Both the position numbers and the translations under genes were made by a program. The notes under the pieces were generated by a model, which was not told the origin of the DNA, searched no databases, and saw only the letters and a list, made by a program, of their open reading frames with translations. From contig CAXTKV010000054.1 of NCBI GenBank assembly GCA_964244895.1, positions 1-25,485 on the forward strand: 25,485 nt of DNA. The letters are read 5' to 3'. The number at the start of each line of letters is the position of its first letter. The first letter of the stretch is position 1. This stretch comes from an uncultured Deinococcales bacterium (lineage in GTDB: Bacteria; Deinococcota; Deinococci; Deinococcales; JAAFIG01). Positions 17,228 to 24,879 of the stretch are shown here, piece by piece.

Positions 17228-17680
17228 TCAGCCCATCTTGAGGAACATCGGCGGCTCCACGCCGACCATCCGAGCCATCATCCAGATCTGACCCTTGTGG
17301 TGCGCGGTGTGCTGAATCACGCCGTCCACCAGGGCGTGAACGGGCATCTGACGCCCGCCGAAACCCGTCACGGTCGCGGAAATCTGCTCGGGTGCCATCG
17401 CCTCGAAGTGCGCGCGGGTGGCGTCGGTCGAGGCGCGCAGGCGATCCAGGGCGGCGGGCCAGTCAGCGCTGGGTTCCGGCTTGGCGGGCGTCTGTCCGGC
17501 CAGCATGACCCCGAAGCGCTCCATCGAACCGCTGAGGTGATCCGTCAGGCGTTTGAAGCTCATGCCGCCGTCCCAGGCGGCAAAATCGGATTGTTCTGCG
17601 GGCAGTTTCTCGAGCAGTTCGATCAACGGGACGGAATGCGAGGCGAAAGCGCGGGCGTACTCGAGTCCAGTGTTCGGCAC
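17228..17680 (-). CDS. DinB-family protein
   Basis: WDGGMSFKRLTDHL and IQHTAHHKGQIWMMARMVGVEPP; SD GGAGG (17692-17688) and -10 TAGGCT (17705-17700). Confidence 0.9.
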   Translation of the reverse strand: MPNTGLEYARAFASHSVPLIELLEKLPAEQSDFAAWDGGMSFKRLTDHLSGSMERFGVMLAGQTPAKPEPSADWPAALDRLRASTDATRAHFEAMAPEQISATVTGFGGRQMPVHALVDGVIQHTAHHKGQIWMMARMVGVEPPMFLKMG

Positions 17681-17864
17681 GGTGTTTCCTCCGCGTCGAA
17701 GCCTAACGCGTCCAGGTCAGGGCATCTCGAAGAGTGAGCACATTTGGGCGGGTGCTCGGATTCTGTGCGAGTGGCCACAAGCCGTTCGCCACAAGGAAAA
17801 CCTTGTGATAACACCCCTTTGCGTCAGCCGAGTCCGATCACGTTGCAGCGCACAGAACGCTCTT

Positions 17865-17912
17865 GCTTGTGGCTCGAGGCTTGCGGCTAATGCCTCGAGG
17901 CTTGCGGCTCGA
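17865..17912. repeat. Short direct repeats
   Basis: CTCGAGGCTTGCGGCT at 17873-17888 and 17894-17909, plus a partial GCTTGTGGCT just upstream. Confidence 0.7.
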
Positions 17913-17926
17913 ATTCCCGAGACGAC

Positions 17927-17956
17927 AAAAAGGAGCCGGGTGAACTGCCCGGCCCC
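17927..17956 (-). terminator. Intrinsic terminator
   Basis: Minus strand GGGGCCGGG-cagttca-CCCGGCTCC-TTTTT. Confidence 0.85.
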
Positions 17957-18151
17957 TCTCGATACCCGTCTGGGTTTGGGGTTTCGCCCCTACCCGTGTT
18001 CGGGATTCAGTCGCTCCGTTTTCGGAGGCGATCCTGGCGGTGCGAATTGGCGGCTCAGCCGCAACGCGCCACCGCTTGTGAAGCTAGCCCCGACGGGCAC
18101 CTCCACCAACCGAATAATCATTTAACAGTTGGACCACCTCCTTTCTGGTGT
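17927..18151 (-). ncRNA. Candidate structured sRNA / sORF-containing RNA with an extended SD at the 5' end
   Basis: Own extended -10 (TGaTACGAT, 18166-18158); 5' AGAAAGGAGGTGGTCCA; about five hairpins plus a long-range helix; intrinsic terminator. Confidence 0.6.
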
Positions 18152-18178
18152 ACGGGGATCGTATCATTTCTTTTACCT

Positions 18179-19177
18179 GTGACTGTGAATCAATTGACCA
18201 ACCCCGTCATACGCCACAATGCCGATCCCTCGCAGCCCGGTTCGTTCCTGGCGGTCGGTGATCTGGCCTGGGACGTGCTGGCCAAGCCCGATCAGAGCCT
18301 GTTGCCGGGCGGTGATACGACCGGGCTGGTGGCCCTTTCGGGAGGCGGCTCGAGCGCCAACGTGGCCGTCTGGGCGGCGCGGACTGGCATGCCGACGGGC
18401 TTTTTGGGCAAGGTCGGCAACGACCGTTTCGGTCACGAGGCCGTACAGGATCTGGAACTCGAGGGCGTCAGGCCGCACATCGTCTGGGACGAGACGCACC
18501 CGACGGGCGTGATTCTGGTGCTGATCGATTCGGGCGGGCAGCGTTCGATGCTGTCGTCTCAGGGCGCAGATTTCAGACTCGAGCCCGAGGAATTGCCCAC
18601 GGCGGCCATCAGCGCGGCGGGGCACGTCCACATCACGGCCTGGAGCATGTTCACCGATCCGCCGCGCCGTGCAGCCCTGCGCGCGGCGCGGTTGGCGCTC
18701 GAGGGCGGCGCGAGCGTGTCCTTCGATCCGGGGTCCTACCAGATGATCCGCGAGATCGGGCGCGAGGAATTCAAACGCCTGACGCGCGAATTGCGTTTCG
18801 ATTACATCCTGCCGAACCTCGAAGAAGGCCGCTCCCTGACGGGCGCAAAACACCCGCGCGAAGTGCTGGAGGCGCTCCGCGAGCTGTACCCGGAAACCAT
18901 GATTCTCTTAAAACTCGACAAGGAAGGCGCGCTGATCGCGGAGGGCGAACGCGTGCTCGAGGTTCCGGCCTCGGATGACCGCGTGATCGACGCCACCGGC
19001 GCGGGCGATGCGTTCGGCGGGGCGTTTCTGGGGCATTACCTGCGTTCGCACGACGCGCTGGCCGCCGCCGGGCTCGCGGTTCAGGTCGCGGGCTGGGTGG
19101 TCGGGCATTTCGGTGCGCGACCCGCGCCCGACGCAAACCTGGCAGCGCGCATCGGGCGGTACGGGGTTCAGCTCTGA
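18179..19177 (+). CDS. PfkB/ribokinase-family carbohydrate kinase
   Basis: GGGSSANVAVWAAR, GKVGNDRFG, DATGAGDAFGGAFL. Start revised from 17996 to GTG 18179 (or 18185), downstream of TATCAT 18162-18167. Confidence 0.9.
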   Translation: MTVNQLTNPVIRHNADPSQPGSFLAVGDLAWDVLAKPDQSLLPGGDTTGLVALSGGGSSANVAVWAARTGMPTGFLGKVGNDRFGHEAVQDLELEGVRPHIVWDETHPTGVILVLIDSGGQRSMLSSQGADFRLEPEELPTAAISAAGHVHITAWSMFTDPPRRAALRAARLALEGGASVSFDPGSYQMIREIGREEFKRLTRELRFDYILPNLEEGRSLTGAKHPREVLEALRELYPETMILLKLDKEGALIAEGERVLEVPASDDRVIDATGAGDAFGGAFLGHYLRSHDALAAAGLAVQVAGWVVGHFGARPAPDANLAARIGRYGVQL

Positions 19178-19571
19178 ATCGGATTCTTGATCGCGTGCAC
19201 CGACCGAGAATCAGATCTCGGTGTTGACCGCGCAATCCGTCCAGCACAGCGAAAGCCCATCTTCGACACGAGTACCCGGCTGCTTCCAGTATTCTTTTAC
19301 ATGGACTTGAACCAAGTCCAGCCGATCCGTGCGCCACAACTCGAGAACTCGGAACCCGCGCCGCGTGATCCTCAGTGGGACTCTGCCCTCGGTGGGAACT
19401 CTGCGAATTGCCCGCGGCTTCGTTTCAGACGAGGACAAGAATTGGCTCTTAGGCTCCGGCTGATCGAGGGCACCCTGTCAGGTTTCTGTTACTGCCCCTG
19501 GTAGAGACTCCAGAACTGTAATTGGTAGCGAACCCCATACATTTGAACGTCTCACGCACGCGAGGAGTGAA

Positions 19572-20369
19572 ATGAAAGTTGTTCTTTTTTGTGGTGGGCT
19601 GGGCATGCGAATGCGCGAATACTCCGAGAACGTCCCGAAACCGATGGTTCCGATCGGCTACCGACCGATCCTGTGGCACATCATGAAGTATTACGCGCAC
19701 TTCGGGCACACGGATTTCGTGCTGTGCCTGGGCTACAAGGGCGACGTGATCAAGGATTACTTCCTGAATTACCGCGAGACCCTGACCAACGATTTCGTGC
19801 TGACCAAGGGCGGCAAGCAGGTCGATCTGGTCACCAGCGACATCGACGAGTGGAGCATCACCTTCGCGGAGACGGGTTTGCACTCGAACATCGGCATGCG
19901 CCTGAAAGCCGTGCAGCCTTACCTGGAGGGTCAGGACGCGTTCCTGGCGCATTATTCCGACATCCTGACGGATCTGGACATGAACGCTTACATCGACGGC
20001 TTCATGTCGCGCGACAAGATCGGCAGCTTCGTGGCGGCCAAACCGCCCGTCAGCTTCCACACCGTTCAGGTCGAGGCCGACGGATTGGTCAAAAGCATTC
20101 AGCCCGCCGATCAGGACGACCTCTGGCAGAACGGCGGCTTTTTCGTGCTGCGCAAGCAAATCTTTGATTACATCCAGCCCGGCGAGGAGCTGGTGATCGA
20201 ACCCTTCCAGCGCCTGATCGCAGCGGAACAGCTCGTGTCGCACAAACACCACGGCTTCTGGTCGAGCATGGACACGTACAAGGAAATGCAGACCCTGAAC
20301 GATATTTACACCGCCGGCAAAGGCCCGTGGGAAGTCTGGAAGAAACCCGCCCTCGAGCGCAAAGCTTAA
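19572..20369 (+). CDS. rfbF: Glucose-1-phosphate cytidylyltransferase-like nucleotidyltransferase
   Basis: MKVVLFCGGLGMRMRE...PKPMVPIG...LCLGYKG...NGGFFVL...HHGFWSSMDT; SD GAGGAG. Confidence 0.88.
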   Translation: MKVVLFCGGLGMRMREYSENVPKPMVPIGYRPILWHIMKYYAHFGHTDFVLCLGYKGDVIKDYFLNYRETLTNDFVLTKGGKQVDLVTSDIDEWSITFAETGLHSNIGMRLKAVQPYLEGQDAFLAHYSDILTDLDMNAYIDGFMSRDKIGSFVAAKPPVSFHTVQVEADGLVKSIQPADQDDLWQNGGFFVLRKQIFDYIQPGEELVIEPFQRLIAAEQLVSHKHHGFWSSMDTYKEMQTLNDIYTAGKGPWEVWKKPALERKA

Positions 20370-20421
20370 ACATCATCCAGCACGGTGTTCTTGATATATC
20401 GTGCTGGATGGTGTTCTCGAG
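20368..20421. repeat. REPIN-like doublet overlapping the rfbF stop, followed by CTCGAG
   Basis: (T)AAACATCATCCAGCACGGTGTT-cttg-ATATATCGTGCTGGATGGTGTT-CTCGAG. Confidence 0.85.
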
Positions 20422-20562
20422 AGTGCCACCGAAATCATCGATACCGATCCAGACCGGTGATCGTGAAGGTCTAAACTCGAGCCATCGGGCGCAGGCTCGA
20501 GCGGCGGGTTTCGGGAACTTCTTGGGCGCCAGAGGGCTCTAAGCAAAGATTCGGGGGCAGGC

Positions 20563-21204
20563 ATGCTCAACCTCAATCTCGCCAGCAACATCAGCCGCGT
20601 GCTGTGCCTCGGCGCGCACAGCGACGACATCGAGATCGGCTGTGGCGGCACGATCCTCAAATTAATCCAGCAGAACCCGAAGCTGGAATTTTACTGGGCC
20701 GTTTTTAGCGGCAACGCCGAACGCGCCCAGGAAGCCCGAGCGGGCGCCGAGCGTTTCCTCGAGGGTGCGGCCTCCAGCAGGGTCGTGACGCTCGAATTTC
20801 AGGACACGCTCTTCCCGACGCAATTTGCGGCGCTCAAAGACGCGTTCTCGAGCATCAGAGCAGAATTCGCGCCAGATCTGATCTTCACGCAGTACCGCCA
20901 GGATCGGCATCAGGATCACCGCACGCTTTCAGACCTGACCTGGAATGCGTTCCGCGACCACGCGATCCTGGAATACGAAATCCCCAAATTTGACGGCGAC
21001 CTCGGGCAACCCAACGTCTTCGTCGACCTGCCCGACGAAATTGCCAGCCGCAAAATCGAGCTTTTGATGGCCTGCTTCGGCACGCAACGCAGCAAACACT
21101 GGTTCAGCCCGGACACCTTCGAGGGACTGATGCGCCTTCGCGGCCTGGAATCGGCCACGCGCCACGCGGAAGGTTTTCACGGGCGCAAACTGCGGGTGCT
21201 GTGA
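20563..21204 (+). CDS. PIG-L/LmbE-family deacetylase
   Basis: GAHSDDIEIGCGGT and DRHQDH metal-binding motifs. Confidence 0.92.
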   Translation: MLNLNLASNISRVLCLGAHSDDIEIGCGGTILKLIQQNPKLEFYWAVFSGNAERAQEARAGAERFLEGAASSRVVTLEFQDTLFPTQFAALKDAFSSIRAEFAPDLIFTQYRQDRHQDHRTLSDLTWNAFRDHAILEYEIPKFDGDLGQPNVFVDLPDEIASRKIELLMACFGTQRSKHWFSPDTFEGLMRLRGLESATRHAEGFHGRKLRVL

Positions 21205-21483
21205 GGAATCGTGGGTTCCGAGCCATCGCCAAAGCGGTATCCTGATTCGATATCGGCCTCGCACCCAACGGGCAATTTCTCACAGAAAACCGTGAAATCC
21301 TCGGTGGGCAAGGGCATGGAATAGCCCGGCACCGTTCCAGACGAACAATAACCATCGCGCTCAAAACAGCAGCTTCATGGCAAGTTCAACTCTTCTTAAT
21401 TTGATGGTGTTTAACTCAGTGACATCGCGGGCCTCTGGATAGAGTCCCCATCCTGATCCCGAGACGAAAACGAGGCCCGACTG

Positions 21484-23226
21484 ATGAACCCGATGGACGC
21501 GAACGATCGCTTTAGTCCAACCCGAATTTTCCGGATTTTCAAGGTCAACGCCTGGTTGATCGGGTTGGCCGTGATCCTGGCCAGCACGGTCGCATTCATG
21601 CTTTCGCGCAGCCAGAAACCGCGCTTTGAATGCGTCGTAGATATCCTGTCAGCCGCTACCCCGACGGGCAATTCCGGCCTCAACGGTCAGATCGTGACCG
21701 CTTCGCCGTTGCCGCAGGGCGCGTTCGCGCAGACCCTCGGCGGCGCGCCAATCATCGAAACGATCCTCAAGGACGATGAACTCGCCAAGGTCGCCAGCAA
21801 AGAAGAACTCGAGAAGCTCGGCAGCAACCTGCGCCGTCAGGTGGTCGAACGCAAGCTCGAGGACATGACCGTTCGCGGTCGGACTGATCTGTCCGGCAAC
21901 GGAACCTACGAACTTTCGGCCTTCAACGGCAACCCGCAAGTCTGCGCCGCGCTCGCCAACGCCGCGACCCGCGCCATGATCGCCTGGGACACGGATCGAG
22001 CCCGACTGACGGTGCGCCAGTCGATTCAGCCCCTCCAGAACCAACTGGTGCTGATCGAAGCGCAGATCCAGAACACCCGTCCCGGCTTCGACCGCGACAC
22101 GCTCAACGCGCAGCGCACCAGCATTCTGGCGCAGCTCGGTGGCCTGCGCTCGAACGAACGCAGCGCCGTGCCGACCCTGACGGTGCTGGCTCCCGCCGTA
22201 CCGTCCTACACGCCCGTCTCGCCCAAGCCGACCCGCGATGCGCTCCTGACGGCGCTGGTGGCGCTCTTGGTGACCTCGAGCATCGTGGTCTTCCGCAGCG
22301 AAGTCAACCGCAAAGCCAACGACGAATCCGACCTCAAGCAGCTCGATTTGCGTTTGCTCGGCAAGCTACCGCGCGTCCCGATGAAACGCGGCGCGACCGG
22401 CCTGCAGACCGTGCTGGAACTCGGCAAGAACGTGGACGACGTGGCCTTCGTGCGCGCCAACCTGAACGTGCTCTTATCAAAAACCCAACCCAAGATCATC
22501 CTGATCACCTCGCCCATGCCCGGTGACGGCAAATCGAGCGTCTGCGCGACCCTGGCCGAAAGCTTCGCCGCCGCCGGGCAGCGCACGCTGATCATCGACG
22601 CCGACCTGCGCCGCGCCGGACAGCAGGCCATCTGGTCGCACCTGGCGCAGACGAGCGGCTGGGTCAGCCTGCCCGGTGCATCCCCAATACCGGCAACCCG
22701 CTCGAGCGCAGCGCTCGAGATGGGCAGCCCCGAAGACTTCGAGCAGGATGGACGCCAGTACCACCTGCGCTCCGCCCTGGCCGAACCCGAGAAAGCCCGC
22801 GCCCGGAAGCTTCAGGAGAAGCTGCACTACATTCCCGCCGGGCCACCCACCTGGCGTTCCGCCGAGATCCTGACGATGGGTACCTTCAGCGCCGCCATCA
22901 AACGCTGGGGCACCGGCTACGACGTGATCCTGATCGATTCCCCACCCGCCTTGGCCGTGGCCGACCCGGTGCTGATTGCGCCCTTGACCAGCGGCGTGGT
23001 GCTGGTGATCGAACCCGGACGCACCACCTACGAGGCGCTCGAGCGCCTGCTCGATTCGCTGCGCATCGGTCGCGCCCCGATCCTGGGCGCTGTCTTCAAC
23101 CGCGTCAACCCTCGCCAGCGCGAACGCTACACGTACTACCCGCCCAAAGGTCAGCCCGTGCAGGCCGGGCCGCGCGCCAGCGCCCTGCCGACCATCAGTG
23201 ACGAAGTGCGCTCAAACGGTCGTTAA
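21484..23226 (+). CDS. Wzc/CpsD-CapB-type polysaccharide co-polymerase with BY tyrosine kinase domain
   Basis: Two TM helices flanking a coiled-coil loop (SPKPTRD before TM2); Walker A SPMPGDGKS; IIDADLRR; ILIDSPP; C-terminal YTYY. Confidence 0.9.
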   Translation: MNPMDANDRFSPTRIFRIFKVNAWLIGLAVILASTVAFMLSRSQKPRFECVVDILSAATPTGNSGLNGQIVTASPLPQGAFAQTLGGAPIIETILKDDELAKVASKEELEKLGSNLRRQVVERKLEDMTVRGRTDLSGNGTYELSAFNGNPQVCAALANAATRAMIAWDTDRARLTVRQSIQPLQNQLVLIEAQIQNTRPGFDRDTLNAQRTSILAQLGGLRSNERSAVPTLTVLAPAVPSYTPVSPKPTRDALLTALVALLVTSSIVVFRSEVNRKANDESDLKQLDLRLLGKLPRVPMKRGATGLQTVLELGKNVDDVAFVRANLNVLLSKTQPKIILITSPMPGDGKSSVCATLAESFAAAGQRTLIIDADLRRAGQQAIWSHLAQTSGWVSLPGASPIPATRSSAALEMGSPEDFEQDGRQYHLRSALAEPEKARARKLQEKLHYIPAGPPTWRSAEILTMGTFSAAIKRWGTGYDVILIDSPPALAVADPVLIAPLTSGVVLVIEPGRTTYEALERLLDSLRIGRAPILGAVFNRVNPRQRERYTYYPPKGQPVQAGPRASALPTISDEVRSNGR

Positions 23227-23244
23227 AGAAAAGGGGGTGAGACC

Positions 23245-24684
23245 ATGCTCGGAACCGTCAAATCCAACACCGAAACCACCAAATCCTTGAGCGTCCTGGT
23301 CGATTTCCGCGCGACCCCTCACCGCATCGTCGGCAACGCCCTGGGCACGCTGATCGGCGACGCGCTCGGCTTGTACCTGGCCAGCCGCGCCGTCCTGGGT
23401 GTAAGAGGCCTGATTCTCGGGCCGCAGCAAGGTCCCTGGAACGAGGGCTGGGTCTGGGTCTGGATGGCGCTGTGGCTGGCCGTTTCCATCGCAGACGGAA
23501 TGCATCCCGGATTCGGGCTGGATTTGACGGAACAGATGCGCCGCACCGTGCGCGTGGCCGCCGCCACGTCCCTGTTCGGGCTCGCCACCATCGTGATCGC
23601 ACCGAACGCCACCGAATTTTCTAGGTTGCTCCTGCTGGCGGGCAGCATCGCCGCGATCCCATTCACCCTGATCGTGCGCCGCCTGGTCGTGACGTTGATG
23701 GTCAAACTCAAGCGCTGGGGCATCCCCGTACTGGTCGTCGGTGACAGCGACACCGCCCGCGAGTTGACCCGAACCCTGAGCGCCATGTCGTCGCTCGGCT
23801 ACCGTCCGACGCGCTACGAACTCGAGCAATTGCAGTGGGGCGCGAGCGGCAACCCGAAAGACACCGGCTGGACTTCGACTTCGGGCAGCATCGCGTTCCT
23901 GGCCGACCCGCACATGCCCTACCGCCAACGCGAGGCGATCATCGCCGGGCCGCTGGCGGCCTTCAGGCGCGTTTTTCTGGCGGTGGACACGCCCGCGCTG
24001 GACATCGGTTGGGCGCACGCCCGTTACCTGGGCGCAGTGCGCGTGCTGGAACTCCGCCGTTTGCACCTCGACCCGGCGGAATTGCGCGTCAAACGCGTGA
24101 TCGACCTGCTGTTCGCGGGCATCGCGATCGTGCCGTTGACGTTGCTGATGGTGGTTCTGGCTATTTTGATCAAGCTCGACTCGCCGGGGCCGGTCTTTTA
24201 CATGGACGACCGACTCGGGCTGCGCGGCAAGCTTTTCAAGTGCATCAAGTTCCGCACCATGCGATTGAACGCCGAGGAGTACCTCAAGGACTTGCTCGAG
24301 AAGGACGCCAAGCTGCGCGAGGAGTACACGACCTTCCACAAGCTCCGCAACGATCCGCGCGTGACCCGCATCGGACAGTTGCTGCGCAAGACCAGCCTGG
24401 ACGAACTGCCCCAGGTGATCAATGTGCTGTTGGGTCAGATGAGCCTGGTCGGCCCGCGCCCGTATTTGCAGCGCGAGCAGCAGTACATGCACCCGTACAC
24501 CGAGGCCGTGCTGTCCTGCCGTCCCGGCATCACCGGCTGGTGGCAGGTCGAGGCCCGCAACCGCGCCCGCTTCGACGAGCGCGTCCAGATGGACATCTTT
24601 TACATCCGCCGCTGGAGCATCTGGCTGGACTTGAATATCCTGATCCGCACGGTGATGGTCGTGCTGCAAGCGCGCGCGTACTGA
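23245..24684 (+). CDS. Priming undecaprenyl-phosphate sugar-1-phosphate transferase (WbaP/WcaJ family)
   Basis: KRVIDL, DSPGPVFY, KFRTM, NDPRVTRIGQLLRKTSLDELPQ, MSLVGPRP, PGITGWWQV; N-terminal TM helices. Confidence 0.93.
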   Translation: MLGTVKSNTETTKSLSVLVDFRATPHRIVGNALGTLIGDALGLYLASRAVLGVRGLILGPQQGPWNEGWVWVWMALWLAVSIADGMHPGFGLDLTEQMRRTVRVAAATSLFGLATIVIAPNATEFSRLLLLAGSIAAIPFTLIVRRLVVTLMVKLKRWGIPVLVVGDSDTARELTRTLSAMSSLGYRPTRYELEQLQWGASGNPKDTGWTSTSGSIAFLADPHMPYRQREAIIAGPLAAFRRVFLAVDTPALDIGWAHARYLGAVRVLELRRLHLDPAELRVKRVIDLLFAGIAIVPLTLLMVVLAILIKLDSPGPVFYMDDRLGLRGKLFKCIKFRTMRLNAEEYLKDLLEKDAKLREEYTTFHKLRNDPRVTRIGQLLRKTSLDELPQVINVLLGQMSLVGPRPYLQREQQYMHPYTEAVLSCRPGITGWWQVEARNRARFDERVQMDIFYIRRWSIWLDLNILIRTVMVVLQARAY

Positions 24685-24710
24685 TGGCTGCAAGCGCGCG
24701 CGTACTGATG
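24663..24710 (+). repeat. Perfect 24-bp tandem duplication spanning the WbaP-like stop codon
   Basis: GCTGCAAGCGCGCGCGTACTGATG twice (24663-24686 and 24687-24710). Confidence 0.95.
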
Positions 24711-24755
24711 GCGGCGTGATGCTCGGTCAACCGCTCAGCGCTTCGAGCTTTCTGG

Positions 24756-24814
24756 GAACATCGTCCCAGACGTGAGAATGGCCTACTCGAGAAATACCGT
24801 TCTGGACGGTCTTC
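24756..24814. repeat. Degenerate REP-like doublet with internal CTCGAG
   Basis: GAACATCGTCCCAGACG...CTCGAG-AAATACCGTTCTGGACGGTCTTC. Confidence 0.7.
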
Positions 24815-24879
24815 CTCGGGTATCTTGAAAGCGTGCGTCTCGAGCAGGCCGCGCACGAAATCACCCAGAAAGAATAGAA

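Noticed and set aside
17670..17688. REP half-site supplying the dinB start codon (AAACACCGTGCC)
   Set aside because: About 11 nt match with no partner arm; could be chance.
18129..18146. 16S rRNA gene fragment (TGGACCACCTCCTTTCT)
   Set aside because: Only about 17 nt match and the upstream sequence has none of the conserved 16S h44/h45 motifs. It is better read as an extended SD on the minus strand.
19187..19504. 105-aa ORF upstream of rfbF
   Set aside because: TTG start with no SD, atypical codon usage and no motifs; most likely promoter or leader DNA.
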